From the NCBI GenBank assembly GCA_963668625.2, contig CAXXKA010000008.1, positions 800,001 to 864,000 on the forward strand: 64,000 nt of DNA, given 5' to 3'. Below are positions 41,976 to 52,973 of the stretch, one piece after another. Source of the stretch: an uncultured candidate division Zixibacteria bacterium (GTDB lineage Bacteria; Zixibacteria; MSB-5A5; UBA10806; 4484-95). The notes under the pieces are model-generated. The model was given only the letters and a program-made list of their open reading frames with translations, searched no databases and was not told the DNA's origin. The position numbers and the translations under genes were made by a program. Positions within the stretch are counted from its first letter, which is position 1; each line of letters begins with the position of its first letter.

Positions 41976-43055
41976 ATGGTAAGATATATCAAGAAAATAT
42001 CCAATAAAATCGGCCTGAAACCGGGTACCCCGACTTATATAGGGGAGCACAGACAGGATAAAGTTGTAATAGACATAATCGATTATAACGAGGATAATTT
42101 CAACCACGAATTGAGTATATCAACCGATCAATGCCTCGAATACCGCGATACCGAAACTACCACCTGGATCAACGTAACCGGGCTTCACGATATCCCTATT
42201 ATCGAAAAGCTCGGTAAGCATTTCGGCATACATCCCCTGATGCTGGAGGATTTGACCAATACGGCGCATCGACCCAAGCTGGAGATATCGGAGAATTACA
42301 TATTCATAATCATAAAAATGCTTCAACTCAATAACGAGGATGTTATCGAAACCGAACAGGTCAGTTTGGTATTCGGCAGCAACTGGGTTGTCTCGTTTCA
42401 AGAACATGCCGGAGACGTATTCGGCCCCGTGCGAAAGCGTATCGAGAAATCATCCCCCCGGCAGAGATTCCTTAACACCGACTACCTGGCGTATTCGCTT
42501 CTTGATGCCGTTGTGGATAATTATTTTCTGATATTGGAGAACCTGGCCGAGAGAATAGAGGACGTGGATGAGGAACTTACTATCGAACCCCGGCAGGAGA
42601 ACCTGAAATATATTCATCACCTTAAACGCGAGCTGATATATATGCGCAAAGCTGTTTGGCCATTGCGCGAGGTTATCTCCGGATTGGAACGGATCGAGAC
42701 CGATCAAGTCAACAGCCGGACTAAACCTTACATTCGTGACCTGTATGAACACGTAATACAGGTCGTGGATACGGTCGAAACCTATCGTGATTTGGTTTCT
42801 GGTCTCCTGGATATCTACCTGTCCTCGGTCAGTAATCGGATGAACGAGGTGATGAAAGTCCTGACGATAATAGCGACCATTTTCATACCACTTTCTTTTT
42901 TGGCAGGCGTTTACGGAATGAATTTCGATACCTCGGCAAGCCCATTCAACCTGCCTGAGCTGGGTTTCCGTTACGGCTACCCGCTTTTCTGGCTGGTATC
43001 ACTGATTGTCGGAGGCGGCCTGTTTTTATTCTTCAAATCCAAAAAATGGCTTTGA
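41976..43055 (+). CDS. corA: Mg2+/Co2+ transporter CorA
   Basis: MKVLTII...GVYGMNF signature. Confidence 0.95.
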   Translation: MVRYIKKISNKIGLKPGTPTYIGEHRQDKVVIDIIDYNEDNFNHELSISTDQCLEYRDTETTTWINVTGLHDIPIIEKLGKHFGIHPLMLEDLTNTAHRPKLEISENYIFIIIKMLQLNNEDVIETEQVSLVFGSNWVVSFQEHAGDVFGPVRKRIEKSSPRQRFLNTDYLAYSLLDAVVDNYFLILENLAERIEDVDEELTIEPRQENLKYIHHLKRELIYMRKAVWPLREVISGLERIETDQVNSRTKPYIRDLYEHVIQVVDTVETYRDLVSGLLDIYLSSVSNRMNEVMKVLTIIATIFIPLSFLAGVYGMNFDTSASPFNLPELGFRYGYPLFWLVSLIVGGGLFLFFKSKKWL

Positions 43056-43071
43056 TGGAAAGGGATAATTC

Positions 43072-43974
43072 ATGGATATAAATTTCAAAGAATTCTGGGA
43101 AATAACGATTACCTGGCTTACTACCTCGGGGCTACGCGTGGCACTGATAATAATATTGGCGCTTATCGCCACCAAAATTGCGGCTATGGTATCCAACAGA
43201 ATATTCAAGCCTTTTACGAAAATCCAAAACGGCCCGGAGATTGAGAAACGCGCCAGAACCTTGAGCTCGCTAATAAGGTACATTCTTCATATTTCGATAC
43301 TGGGCGTGTCGGTCGTAATGGTACTCGGCGAATTCGGCATCGATATCGGCCCGATAATCGCTGCCGCCGGCGTGGTCGGCCTGGCTATCGGTTTCGGGGC
43401 CCAGCACCTGGTTCAGGATATAATCAGCGGCTTTTTCATACTCATGGATGACCAGATACGAGTCGGGGATGTCGTCAATATCGGAGGCCAGGGCGGTCTT
43501 GTCGAACGGGTAAACCTTCGTATGACAGTGCTACGCGATCTCTCAGGCAGCGTACATTTCATCCGCAACGGCCAGATAAATATCGTTACCAACATGACCA
43601 AAGATTTCTCCTATTATGTGCTGGAAATCGGCATAGCATATCGAGAAAATGTCGATGATGTAATTGAGGTAGTCAAAAAAATTGATGAGGAATTGCGGGC
43701 CGACTCCGAATACGGTTCTCAGATTCTCGAACCGATAGAGATACTGGGGCTGGATAAATTCGCCGATTCGGCTATTATAATAAAAGCCCGAATAAAAACC
43801 GTTCCGATCAAGCAATGGTGGGTGGGGCGAGAGTTCAACAGGCGAATGAAAATTAAATTCGATGAACTTGGTATCGAGATACCCTTCCCGCATGTCACTT
43901 TGTACGCCGGGCAGGATAAGGACGGCAAAGCGGCGGCGTTTCATCTTCTAAACCAAACCGAAAAGGACAAGTGA
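43072..43974 (+). CDS. MscS family mechanosensitive channel (YbiO-like)
   Basis: GLAIGFGAQHLVQDIISG, IEIPFP. Confidence 0.93.
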   Translation: MDINFKEFWEITITWLTTSGLRVALIIILALIATKIAAMVSNRIFKPFTKIQNGPEIEKRARTLSSLIRYILHISILGVSVVMVLGEFGIDIGPIIAAAGVVGLAIGFGAQHLVQDIISGFFILMDDQIRVGDVVNIGGQGGLVERVNLRMTVLRDLSGSVHFIRNGQINIVTNMTKDFSYYVLEIGIAYRENVDDVIEVVKKIDEELRADSEYGSQILEPIEILGLDKFADSAIIIKARIKTVPIKQWWVGREFNRRMKIKFDELGIEIPFPHVTLYAGQDKDGKAAAFHLLNQTEKDK

Positions 43975-44864
43975 TTAATTTACTGAAAATACAAGAGGCG
44001 TACGAGTTCATCACCCATTTCATAGGTGGACTTATAGACCGGGCGGACAAACATCACCTGTTTTTAATGGCCGGTGGATTGGCTTTCTCGCTATTCGTTT
44101 GTATCGTACCTTTTATTCTCATCATATTCGCGGCGCTGGGTAATATACTCGAGAGACCCTCAATAGCCGGCGAGATACAGAATTTCATTCATCGGATGAT
44201 TCCTTATCGGGCATACGCCGTTAAACTCGAGGAGATCGTGTTCAGCCGGGTCAGTGAATTCACCATCTATAAAAACCTCGCCGGCGTACTGGGCATGTTA
44301 GGTTTGTTTTTCGCCGCCAGTGGCTTGTTTTCCAGTATGAGAACGATTTTAAACAGCGTTTTTCATGTGGTTTCATCTCAGCCGTTTTTCATCGGCAAAC
44401 TTCGTGATTTGGGCCTGGTGATTATGGTGATGGTATATTTTCTGCTTTCGACAACGATTTTACCAACCCTCGATATCGTAGGAGAGCTATCCGACAAGTT
44501 CGCATTTCTACAATTATTCAAGCTGGGATTTGTCGAGGATTTGATACTGGCCGCTTTTTCGTTTCTGGTGATACTGTTTTTCTTTTTTACGCTGTATTAT
44601 CTCATCCCTCAACAGAAAATACCCAAACGGGTTATACTGGTAAGCGCCGTCTCGGCGGCGTTTTTATGGGAGCTGGCCAAACAGGTATTCGGGCTGTATA
44701 TCGCTCATGTCGTTACCTTAAAAAAGGTATATGGAGCTTACGTGTTCCTGATAATCTCCGCTTCCTGGGTGTATTATACCTCGGTGGTATTTATCGTTGG
44801 TGCGGAAATCGGGCAATTATACAGGGAATGGATAAATCGTAAAACATTATATGGCTCTCATTAG
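43971..44864 (+). CDS. YihY/BrkB family membrane protein
   Basis: AGGLAF...P; WELAK...YG...W.YY...GAE. Confidence 0.9.
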   Translation: MINLLKIQEAYEFITHFIGGLIDRADKHHLFLMAGGLAFSLFVCIVPFILIIFAALGNILERPSIAGEIQNFIHRMIPYRAYAVKLEEIVFSRVSEFTIYKNLAGVLGMLGLFFAASGLFSSMRTILNSVFHVVSSQPFFIGKLRDLGLVIMVMVYFLLSTTILPTLDIVGELSDKFAFLQLFKLGFVEDLILAAFSFLVILFFFFTLYYLIPQQKIPKRVILVSAVSAAFLWELAKQVFGLYIAHVVTLKKVYGAYVFLIISASWVYYTSVVFIVGAEIGQLYREWINRKTLYGSH

Positions 44865-45106
44865 TTTTATATTATTGATGATTGGATTTTCAACGGGCAA
44901 ATGAGATGTGATCAATAATAGGCTGACTGTTTCCGGGCCATTATATGTTTGATCCCGGGATCAATTGGCTTGGTATCGAATTACACATTGCAGGGGCGGA
45001 GATCGATCAAACCGATTAGATAGGCACCCGGTGGCGGTTTGCCCCGAATATAATCAATTAATAAACTTTAACCAGAAAATACGATGAAACGAGGAACAAG
45101 TAGGAA

Positions 45107-46945
45107 ATGTCCGAACATCTCTTAATAGGCTTAGCCGGTATAATCTCGTTAGGTATCGCCGCCCAGTGGCTTTCCTGGCGTCTTCACCTACCGTCTATAT
45201 TGGTACTCCTAATATTCGGATTCGGAGCCGGACCGGTATTTCACATAATCAATCCCGATGAGTTATTCGGCGAACTGCTCTTTCCGCTTGTTTCTGTTTC
45301 GGTCGGCATTGTCCTTTTCGAGGGAGGCTTGAGCCTTCGCTTTAGAGACCTGAAAACCACCGGCCACGAAATAAGAAACATGGTAACAATCGGTATCCTG
45401 ATTACCTGGGTGCTGATAGCCGCAATCGCGTATTTTCTGATCGGTTTGCAGCTCGAGCAGGCGGCTCTAATCGGCGCGATACTCATCGTAACCGGACCAA
45501 CAGTCATCATACCACTTCTCAGGCAGGTGCGTCCCTCTCGCAAAGTGGCGGCGATCGTCAAATGGGAAGGTATCATAAACGATCCGATAGGCGCGATATT
45601 GGCGGTACTGGTATTCGAGGCTATCGTGGCAGTCGGTATGCAGGAGGGCACTTATGTCGTTGCGCTGGGAGTAGCTAAGGCGTTGTTTTTAGGCGGCCTC
45701 ATTGGTGTTGCAGGGGCGGCTTTGATGATCGTTCTGCTTCGGTTTTACCTCATCCCGGACTACCTACAAAACCCCGTCTCGTTGATGGTGGTGGTAATAT
45801 CGTTCGCCGGAGCCAACGTTATACAGCCCGAATCCGGATTGTTGGCAGTAACTGTCATGGGTGTAGCGTTAGCCAATCAGAAATATGTCTCGATAAAACA
45901 TATAATAGAATTCAAAGAGAACCTTCGGGTAATACTCATATCGAGCCTTTTTATAATCCTTTCCGCCCGTATAACAGTCGACCAACTGGCGCTATTCAAG
46001 GGTGCAAACTGGATATTCGTGGCTGTGCTGATCATCGCGGTAAGACCTATCGCCGTGTACCTCTCGACGATTGGCTCGAAACTGAAATTCAATGAGAAAA
46101 CATTCATCGCCTGGATGGCTCCGCGTGGTATCGTGGCGGCGGCCGTCTCCTCGGTGTTTGCTGTCAGGCTGGAGGAGATCGGTTTTCAAAACAGCGAGAT
46201 AATCGTCCCGCTGGTATTCCAGGTAATAATCGGGACAGTCGTCGTATACGGCTTATCCGCCTCGCCGGTAGCCCGGTTATTGAAAGTTTCCGAGCCCAAC
46301 CCGCAAGGAGTGCTTTTTATAGGAGCCCAAGATTGGGCCCAGGAGATAGCCCGCGTGTTCCGCGAGGAGGGATTGAAAGTCGCCCTGGTGGATTCCAACT
46401 GGTCACACGTAACCGAGGCTCGTAAAACCGGCTGCCTGGCATATTACGGCAACGCACTATCGGATAATTTCCTCAATGAGATCGAGTTGGATGGCATAGG
46501 CAAACTGTTCGCGTTGACCTCCAATGATGAGGTGAACTCGCTGGCGGCGCTTCACTTTGCAGACCTGTTCGAACGCAACGACGTGTTCCAGATTCCGCCG
46601 AAAAGCCGTAGTTCCAGCCAGAGATCGGGGGGTATCGCTCCGCATCTGAGGGGGCGCTTTTTATTCGATGAAAAATCGACTTTCGATTATTTGAGCGAAT
46701 GCTTCAACTCGGGAGCTGTTGTTAAACGAACCGATATCACCGAGGAATTCAACTATGATGATTTCATAAAGATATACAAAGATTCCTACATCCCGGTAGC
46801 CCTGATCACCGAATCGAAGGATCTCAAGGTTTTTACAGTAGGCAGTAGCCGCAAACCGCAGGCAGGCGAGGTTCTGGTTAGTATCGTAAAACCCGAACAG
46901 TGCAATATCACGCCTGGTAACAATGGAAGTATCAAAAATATTTAA
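45107..46945 (+). CDS. CPA1 cation:proton antiporter with TrkA-N-like domain
   Basis: LFEGGL, TGPTVI, EGIINDP, APRGIVAAA. Confidence 0.92.
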   Translation: MSEHLLIGLAGIISLGIAAQWLSWRLHLPSILVLLIFGFGAGPVFHIINPDELFGELLFPLVSVSVGIVLFEGGLSLRFRDLKTTGHEIRNMVTIGILITWVLIAAIAYFLIGLQLEQAALIGAILIVTGPTVIIPLLRQVRPSRKVAAIVKWEGIINDPIGAILAVLVFEAIVAVGMQEGTYVVALGVAKALFLGGLIGVAGAALMIVLLRFYLIPDYLQNPVSLMVVVISFAGANVIQPESGLLAVTVMGVALANQKYVSIKHIIEFKENLRVILISSLFIILSARITVDQLALFKGANWIFVAVLIIAVRPIAVYLSTIGSKLKFNEKTFIAWMAPRGIVAAAVSSVFAVRLEEIGFQNSEIIVPLVFQVIIGTVVVYGLSASPVARLLKVSEPNPQGVLFIGAQDWAQEIARVFREEGLKVALVDSNWSHVTEARKTGCLAYYGNALSDNFLNEIELDGIGKLFALTSNDEVNSLAALHFADLFERNDVFQIPPKSRSSSQRSGGIAPHLRGRFLFDEKSTFDYLSECFNSGAVVKRTDITEEFNYDDFIKIYKDSYIPVALITESKDLKVFTVGSSRKPQAGEVLVSIVKPEQCNITPGNNGSIKNI

Positions 46946-46959
46946 AATACCAGGAGGGG

Positions 46960-47886
46960 ATGATGGAAATTCCTGAGAGCATTAGTGGAATTTATAATGT
47001 CGTAAGTAGTATTCTCGATATCGAGTTGTTCCAGATCAATCATAAACCTATCAGCTTGATGTCGCTTCTGATGTTCATTCTGGTCGTAATCGTGTTTTTC
47101 ATCATCTCGAAGATATTTACCCGGTTTATCCTTCGTTCCATTCTTTCCCGTTTCGATATCGAACGAGGCCTGAAATTTAACCTTCTGAGAATAAGCCACT
47201 ACCTGGTGATGATAACCGGCACGGTAATAGCATTCCAATTTATCGGTATCGATTTAGCCGGGTTGGCAGTAATATTCGGGCTGCTTTCGGTAGGTATAGG
47301 TTTCGGCCTTCAAAACGTGACCTCTAATTTCATCTCCGGTTTGATACTTTTATTCGAGCGGCCGATCAAGGTTGGCGACCGGGTAACGGTCGGCGATGTA
47401 GAGGGGGACGTTATCGCGATTAACATGCGTTCCACTACCGTACGCACGTTAACCAATATCGCTATTATAGTGCCCAACTCCGATTTCATCTCCGGCAAAG
47501 TGACCAACTGGTCATACGGTGATACCAAAGTTCGCCTCGATGTTCCGGTCGGGGTATCATACGGCTCGGATATCGACATAGTGATCAAGGCCTTAAAAGA
47601 GGTGGCCGGGGAGCATTCCCGAGTATTGAAAAATCCTACTCCCAACGTGTTGCTATCGAATTTCGGCGACTCCTCCTGGGACATGCAATTGCGTGTCTGG
47701 TTGCCGAATACCAGTGCTTACTATATCACGAAATCCGAAATCAATATGGCGATAGTGAGGAAATTCCGTAAGTACGAAATAGAAATACCTTTCCCCCAGA
47801 GAGACCTGCATGTTCGTTCGCCACTGCCGGTACCCCTTAAGAACACCGGGACGGGCCCAGGAGACGATTTGCCAAGCAAGTCGTAA
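46960..47886 (+). CDS. MscS family channel (MscK-core-like)
   Basis: GIGFGLQNVTSNFISGLILLFERPIKVGD, IPFPQRDLH. Confidence 0.93.
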   Translation: MMEIPESISGIYNVVSSILDIELFQINHKPISLMSLLMFILVVIVFFIISKIFTRFILRSILSRFDIERGLKFNLLRISHYLVMITGTVIAFQFIGIDLAGLAVIFGLLSVGIGFGLQNVTSNFISGLILLFERPIKVGDRVTVGDVEGDVIAINMRSTTVRTLTNIAIIVPNSDFISGKVTNWSYGDTKVRLDVPVGVSYGSDIDIVIKALKEVAGEHSRVLKNPTPNVLLSNFGDSSWDMQLRVWLPNTSAYYITKSEINMAIVRKFRKYEIEIPFPQRDLHVRSPLPVPLKNTGTGPGDDLPSKS

Positions 47887-48096
47887 CCGGTTATCTATCA
47901 TATATCTGTATTCGCATTAATCAAAAAGCCGTTGCATAATTCGTATAGTATACTATATTGTTCTTAACTAACGGCTTAAAACGCGGTAACTTCAAAATAT
48001 AGCTTATCTTAAATACTCGCTTCAAGCCGCAAGCTATAGTTATGAGGATTTACTCGAGTGAGATTAATAGCAATTTCAGATACAAGAGAGAGGGTT

Positions 48097-51000
48097 ATGA
48101 ATAAAGCTATATCTGTTTTTATTGGGGTAATTCTACTTTGCGGGATCGCGAGTGCGGAGTTTGTCGAGATCGATAATTTCATCGGTTCGAAAATAGAGGT
48201 GCTCGAATCGAGCCAGACTCGAACGGTTATATCTTTAAAAATCGGCTCTTTCGAGCAAAACCCGGTTACTATCGACGGCCAACCTTATCTTGAATTGAAC
48301 TTACCCGGTGAACCTGTAATGCACCACAAAGGAAAACCGGCGCTACCCTATCTCTGCCGAAGTATTATCATCCCGGATGACGCCCGGATGCGCTTGAACA
48401 TATTGAAATCCAGCTATATCGAATACGAATCCTCTCCGGTTGCCCCCTCTAAGGGGCATATCAAAAGAACGATGAACCCGGAGACGGTGGAATACACTTT
48501 CGATGATATATATCAAACCGATAAGTGGTATCCCTCCTCTCAGGCCAATAGCCGCGAGCCTTATATTTTGCGAGATTTGCGCGGTACGGTTATCGAATTT
48601 TATCCATTCCAGTATAATCCGGCTACGAAAACCGTTCGCGTATATACCGAACTGGAGATTGAGGTTGTCAACGACGGCTATAGTTCGGTTAACGTTTTCG
48701 ATCGCGAGGAACCGTTCACGAAAGTTGATCCGAGTTTCGATCGGCTTTATAAGAATCATTTCTTGAATTATGAAAACGGCGCTCTCTTATACGATCCCGT
48801 TACAGAGACCGGTGATATGCTTATAATATCCGCCAACGATTATCTCACCGACATGATTTCATTCAAAGAATGGAAAAACCAGAAAGGCATACGCACGACT
48901 CTCATTAGCGTATCCATTGTCGGAAATAATGCCGCATCAATTGCCGATTTCATACAGGTATATTACGATTCGACCGATTTAGCCTGGATACTGCTTGTCG
49001 GGGATGCCGACGATGTGGCCACACCCTACTACTCCGGGGGCTCCTCCGATCCCAGTTACGCTAAGGTGGCGGGTAGTGATGATTACCCGGATTGCTTTAT
49101 CGGCAGGTTCTCGGCCGAATCGCCCGCTCATATCCAAACCCAGGTAGACAGAACGATAAATTACGAGAAATATCCTCAATTCGGTGAGAGCTGGTATAAT
49201 CACGCCGCCGGTATCGCCTCCAGTCTCGGCCCCGGGCATTACGGTGAATACGATGACGAGCATATGGATTATATCCGTGATGACCTTCTGGGGTACAATT
49301 TCTCCACTGTCGATCGCATATACGATCCCGCCGCCAACCCCCAGATGGTAGGTGATTCGTTGAACCTCGGGCGCAGCTTTATTAACTATATCGGGCATGG
49401 AAGTATCACTGGCTGGGGAAGTTCGGATTTCAACAATTCTCATATTAATAATCTCACCAATGATTATAAATTACCGTTCATATTCAGTGTGGCCTGCGAT
49501 AACGGCATATTCGATGGTTACACCTGTTTCGGCGAGGCCTGGACCCGGGCGACCAACAATACCACCGGCAATCCCACCGGGGCAATGGCCGCGTATATGT
49601 CATCCATAAGCCAGGATTGGGATCCACCTATGTACGCCCAGGATGAAGCCAACGACCTTCTTTCCTCCGAAACGAGTCTGACTTTCGGCGGCATATGCTA
49701 TAACGGCTCCTGCGCCATGATAGATATCGATTATTCCAGCGGAGTTTTGCATTATGACACCTGGCATATATTCGGCGATCCCTCGGTGTGGTTGACTACG
49801 ACCTCGCCGGAGGCAATGAATATAATTCACGATGAGGCTATTGTCTTCAATGCTGAACAGCTTACTGTTAACACCGGTACAGAGGCCGCATTGTGTGCGC
49901 TTTACGGCGATGGTGTATTGTACGGAGCAACCTATGCCAACCCCTCCGGAACCGCGATAATAGATATACAGGAATTGCTTCCCGTAAACGAGGTATACAA
50001 CATAACGGTGACCGCGCCCAACAAGCTTACCTATATCGGAGAGATCACGGCTATCGCTCCCTCCGGCGCTTATGTAGTATACGATTCGTATACCGTGAAC
50101 GACTATTCGGGTAATAATAACGGTATGATAGATTTCGGCGAAACCGTTGACCTGGGTGTGCTGCTCGAAAATATTGGCCCCGATGACGCCGTCTCGGTTA
50201 CGGCGACTTTGTCCACGGAGGATAGTTTCGTAACAGTGATAGACTCAACCGAAACGTTCGGCGATATTGCCGGAAATTCGGGCACCACATATGTCAGCGA
50301 CGCCTACCGAATCGAGCTATCACCGGACACCCCCGATGCCTATTCGATCCCGATGCATCTTGAGATAACCGGGAGCTCGAGGGATACCTGGCATAGCGAT
50401 TTCGTTATCGTTTCGCATGCTCCGGTTCTGGAGTACGCCGATTTCTACCTGGATGACAGCGCCGGAAACGGTAATGGTATACTCGAGGCGAATGAAACCG
50501 CCAACTTATCGATTAGTTTGATTAATAACGGTAGCGGCCATGCCTATTCGGTGAGCGGTGTACTTTCGGAAAACGACAACTATATCTCGATAAGCGATCC
50601 TGACGGTGTTTATGGAGATATTTTAGGCGGACATGAGGTAGATAACGCCTCGGATGTTTTCACTATCTCGGCCTCGGCCGGTTTCCCGCATAGCTACAGT
50701 GTCGAGTTAAATCTCACTTTAACTGGCGATGGCGGCTATAGCCACACAATTCAATTCAGCTTGAAAAACACCGAATCATTCGAGCAAAATAATGGCGGTT
50801 ACACCGGCACAGGGGGCTGGCAATGGGGCGAACCAACCTCGGGACCCGGAACTGCTTATTTCGGTGAAAAAGTATGGGGAACAGTGCTGGGAGATAACTA
50901 CAATACCGAGTCGGATGATTATCTAACCGGCCCGGAATACCATATCTATTCGGATGAGGCGCAACTCGAATTCTACCACTGGTACGAAATAGAGGATTAT

Positions 51001-51921
51001 TGGGATGGCGGTAATGTTCAGATATCTACTAATGGTGGCTCCTCATGGGAGGTAATAACACCGGTTGGGGATTACCCCCACGGCGGTATTTATACCCTGG
51101 GCGGCCCCGGTTATTGCAATAACTCCGGCCGCTGGCTTCAGGCGGTATTTAATATCGGCGCCTATCAGGGGCAGGATGTCATGTTTAGGTGGCATTTTGT
51201 CAGTGATGAGTATGTCGAGGAGGCCGGCTGGTATATCGATGATGTGGCCATTCTCAATAACGCCGTTCAACTGCCCGTCTTATCCTTTGAGCCCGATTCG
51301 ATTACTCAAACGCTCGAGGAGGGCGAACAAATAGCTACGGATATGATTATTACGAACAATGGCAATGCCAATCTAATATATCATCTCTCTAGCCAGGATA
51401 CCTGGATCGAACCCGATGAAACATATTACACTGTCGAACCTCAACAATTCGACACCGTAAGTGTCAGCCTGAATGCTCAATCGCTGGAACCGGGAGTATA
51501 CACGGGTATCATAACGATTAACTCCAACGATCCGGCAAATGAAACCGCCGATATCAATGTCAGTTTAACGGTCACCTCCGGCTATCAGTGCGAATATATG
51601 CCCGGCGATGTGAACGGCGATCTGCTCATTATCGGCAGCGATGTTTCCTATGCGGTCAACTACTTCCGGGGAGTGGGTGATTGCCCGCCCGATAGCTGTT
51701 TCAACGAACATAATCAGTCGTGGCTGTATGTCGCTGCTGATGTTAACGGTGATTGTGCTTTCATTGGCAGTGATGTTACATACCTGGTAAACTATTTCAG
51801 GGGCATTTCACCATCGCCGCTATATTGTGAATATTTACCTCCCCCAAGTGTAACAAATGAAATCTCTATTGACGAAAAAAGCAATAATCAGTCAAAAAGT
51901 GTGGAAATCTATAAAAAATAA
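48097..51921 (+). CDS. Gingipain-like C25 cysteine peptidase with propeptide, accessory domains and C-terminal dockerin-like domain
   Basis: LLVGD, GRFSAES, NYIGHG, SVACDNG, FGDPS; PGDVNGD...ADVNGDC...VTYLVNYFRG. Confidence 0.92.
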   Translation: MNKAISVFIGVILLCGIASAEFVEIDNFIGSKIEVLESSQTRTVISLKIGSFEQNPVTIDGQPYLELNLPGEPVMHHKGKPALPYLCRSIIIPDDARMRLNILKSSYIEYESSPVAPSKGHIKRTMNPETVEYTFDDIYQTDKWYPSSQANSREPYILRDLRGTVIEFYPFQYNPATKTVRVYTELEIEVVNDGYSSVNVFDREEPFTKVDPSFDRLYKNHFLNYENGALLYDPVTETGDMLIISANDYLTDMISFKEWKNQKGIRTTLISVSIVGNNAASIADFIQVYYDSTDLAWILLVGDADDVATPYYSGGSSDPSYAKVAGSDDYPDCFIGRFSAESPAHIQTQVDRTINYEKYPQFGESWYNHAAGIASSLGPGHYGEYDDEHMDYIRDDLLGYNFSTVDRIYDPAANPQMVGDSLNLGRSFINYIGHGSITGWGSSDFNNSHINNLTNDYKLPFIFSVACDNGIFDGYTCFGEAWTRATNNTTGNPTGAMAAYMSSISQDWDPPMYAQDEANDLLSSETSLTFGGICYNGSCAMIDIDYSSGVLHYDTWHIFGDPSVWLTTTSPEAMNIIHDEAIVFNAEQLTVNTGTEAALCALYGDGVLYGATYANPSGTAIIDIQELLPVNEVYNITVTAPNKLTYIGEITAIAPSGAYVVYDSYTVNDYSGNNNGMIDFGETVDLGVLLENIGPDDAVSVTATLSTEDSFVTVIDSTETFGDIAGNSGTTYVSDAYRIELSPDTPDAYSIPMHLEITGSSRDTWHSDFVIVSHAPVLEYADFYLDDSAGNGNGILEANETANLSISLINNGSGHAYSVSGVLSENDNYISISDPDGVYGDILGGHEVDNASDVFTISASAGFPHSYSVELNLTLTGDGGYSHTIQFSLKNTESFEQNNGGYTGTGGWQWGEPTSGPGTAYFGEKVWGTVLGDNYNTESDDYLTGPEYHIYSDEAQLEFYHWYEIEDYWDGGNVQISTNGGSSWEVITPVGDYPHGGIYTLGGPGYCNNSGRWLQAVFNIGAYQGQDVMFRWHFVSDEYVEEAGWYIDDVAILNNAVQLPVLSFEPDSITQTLEEGEQIATDMIITNNGNANLIYHLSSQDTWIEPDETYYTVEPQQFDTVSVSLNAQSLEPGVYTGIITINSNDPANETADINVSLTVTSGYQCEYMPGDVNGDLLIIGSDVSYAVNYFRGVGDCPPDSCFNEHNQSWLYVAADVNGDCAFIGSDVTYLVNYFRGISPSPLYCEYLPPPSVTNEISIDEKSNNQSKSVEIYKK

Positions 51922-51940
51922 ATGAAACATCAAAACTAAA

Positions 51941-51977
51941 ATAATTATAAGGCGGCTATAGGGGCCGCCTTAATTAT
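51941..51977 (+). terminator. Terminator-like hairpin
   Basis: TAAGGCGGCT-ATAG-GGGCCGCCTTA with AT-rich extension. Confidence 0.55.
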
Positions 51978-52078
51978 ATTCATATAGCATTAAATAACAA
52001 CAGGTTAACTGCATTTAAAAATTACACAAAAACTCAACAAATCACGCATGATAAATATAAATAATCGTAACTTTATAT

Positions 52079-52107
52079 TTATCAACATTTTTCACAAGTT
52101 ATCCACA
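52079..52107 (+). promoter_or_regulatory. Three tandem DnaA boxes
   Basis: TTATCAACA TTTTTCACA ag TTATCCACA versus consensus TTWTNCACA (two exact, one 8/9). Confidence 0.6.
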
Positions 52108-52202
52108 TCCATGCTAAAGCCCGGGCTTTTTCTGACGATATCCTCATTAAAGGTATCAAAATAGATAATGTTGGAAAGACTTAACGATCCGGGGATGATT
52201 AT

Positions 52203-52883
52203 ATGGACAAGCGAAAATTAGTATTTGCTGGCAACAGCAAGGCGGTAATCACCGATGAGCAAATGAATTCTCAGCTGGAGAATTTTTATCGTCGCGAGGT
52301 TACTAAAACCGGCTTTAGCAAATCTAATATGAATATCGATGAATCTAAAATAGACAAGATAGTACTTGCATATATCGAAAATTACTACTACAGGTTCGGT
52401 ACCGGTTTGTTCCTTCAGGGGGATACTTTCTCCGGTAAAACATGCCATCTGAAATATATCGCCTACCGGATATTTCAGGAGGCGGGTTTTTACGGCCTGG
52501 CTGACAGCCCCGATAGATTCGAGTACTGGAGTTCGCCGGCAAAAGGCAGCTTGATGTATCTTCATCCGCTTTCGATTATCACCAACTTCAATCGTATAAC
52601 CGATGATAAACTGGTTGATTTCATAAAAAGCGCCGTGACCGTGGAATATTTGTTTATTGATGACATCGATCGTATTGCGGATAAACACAGTTTATTGCGT
52701 CTGGAGAATATCATAGAGCGCCGTTATTCATCCAGCATGACAACTATTATAACCTCGACGAAGGACGCGAACAAATTAAAATCGCGAGTAACCTATAAGA
52801 GGATAATGCGGATATTGCACGAGTCATGTCAGTTCGTGCAGTTACAAACGGAACCGCATCAATATGATATACGGTTTGCCTGA
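52203..52883 (+). CDS. DnaC/IstB-like ATPase
   Basis: GLFLQGDTFSGKT Walker A; LFIDD Walker B; IIERRY...TTIITS. Confidence 0.75.
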   Translation: MDKRKLVFAGNSKAVITDEQMNSQLENFYRREVTKTGFSKSNMNIDESKIDKIVLAYIENYYYRFGTGLFLQGDTFSGKTCHLKYIAYRIFQEAGFYGLADSPDRFEYWSSPAKGSLMYLHPLSIITNFNRITDDKLVDFIKSAVTVEYLFIDDIDRIADKHSLLRLENIIERRYSSSMTTIITSTKDANKLKSRVTYKRIMRILHESCQFVQLQTEPHQYDIRFA

Positions 52884-52973
52884 TTGGACAAGGGCATTGT
52901 CGGAATTCAGTTAATCTCTGCAGAGTGTCTGTCACCGATGTTTGAATACCTATAACATGCCCTTAGAAAACCT

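Noticed and set aside
44870-45060. Possible Na+/Li+ riboswitch before the antiporter
   Set aside because: Only short palindromes (TTGATCCCGGGATCAA; GGGGCGGA/TTTGCCCC); no consensus I can match
41976-47886. CorA-MscS-YihY-antiporter-MscS cluster as a novel system
   Set aside because: All are common families and the grouping is ordinary ion/osmotic homeostasis
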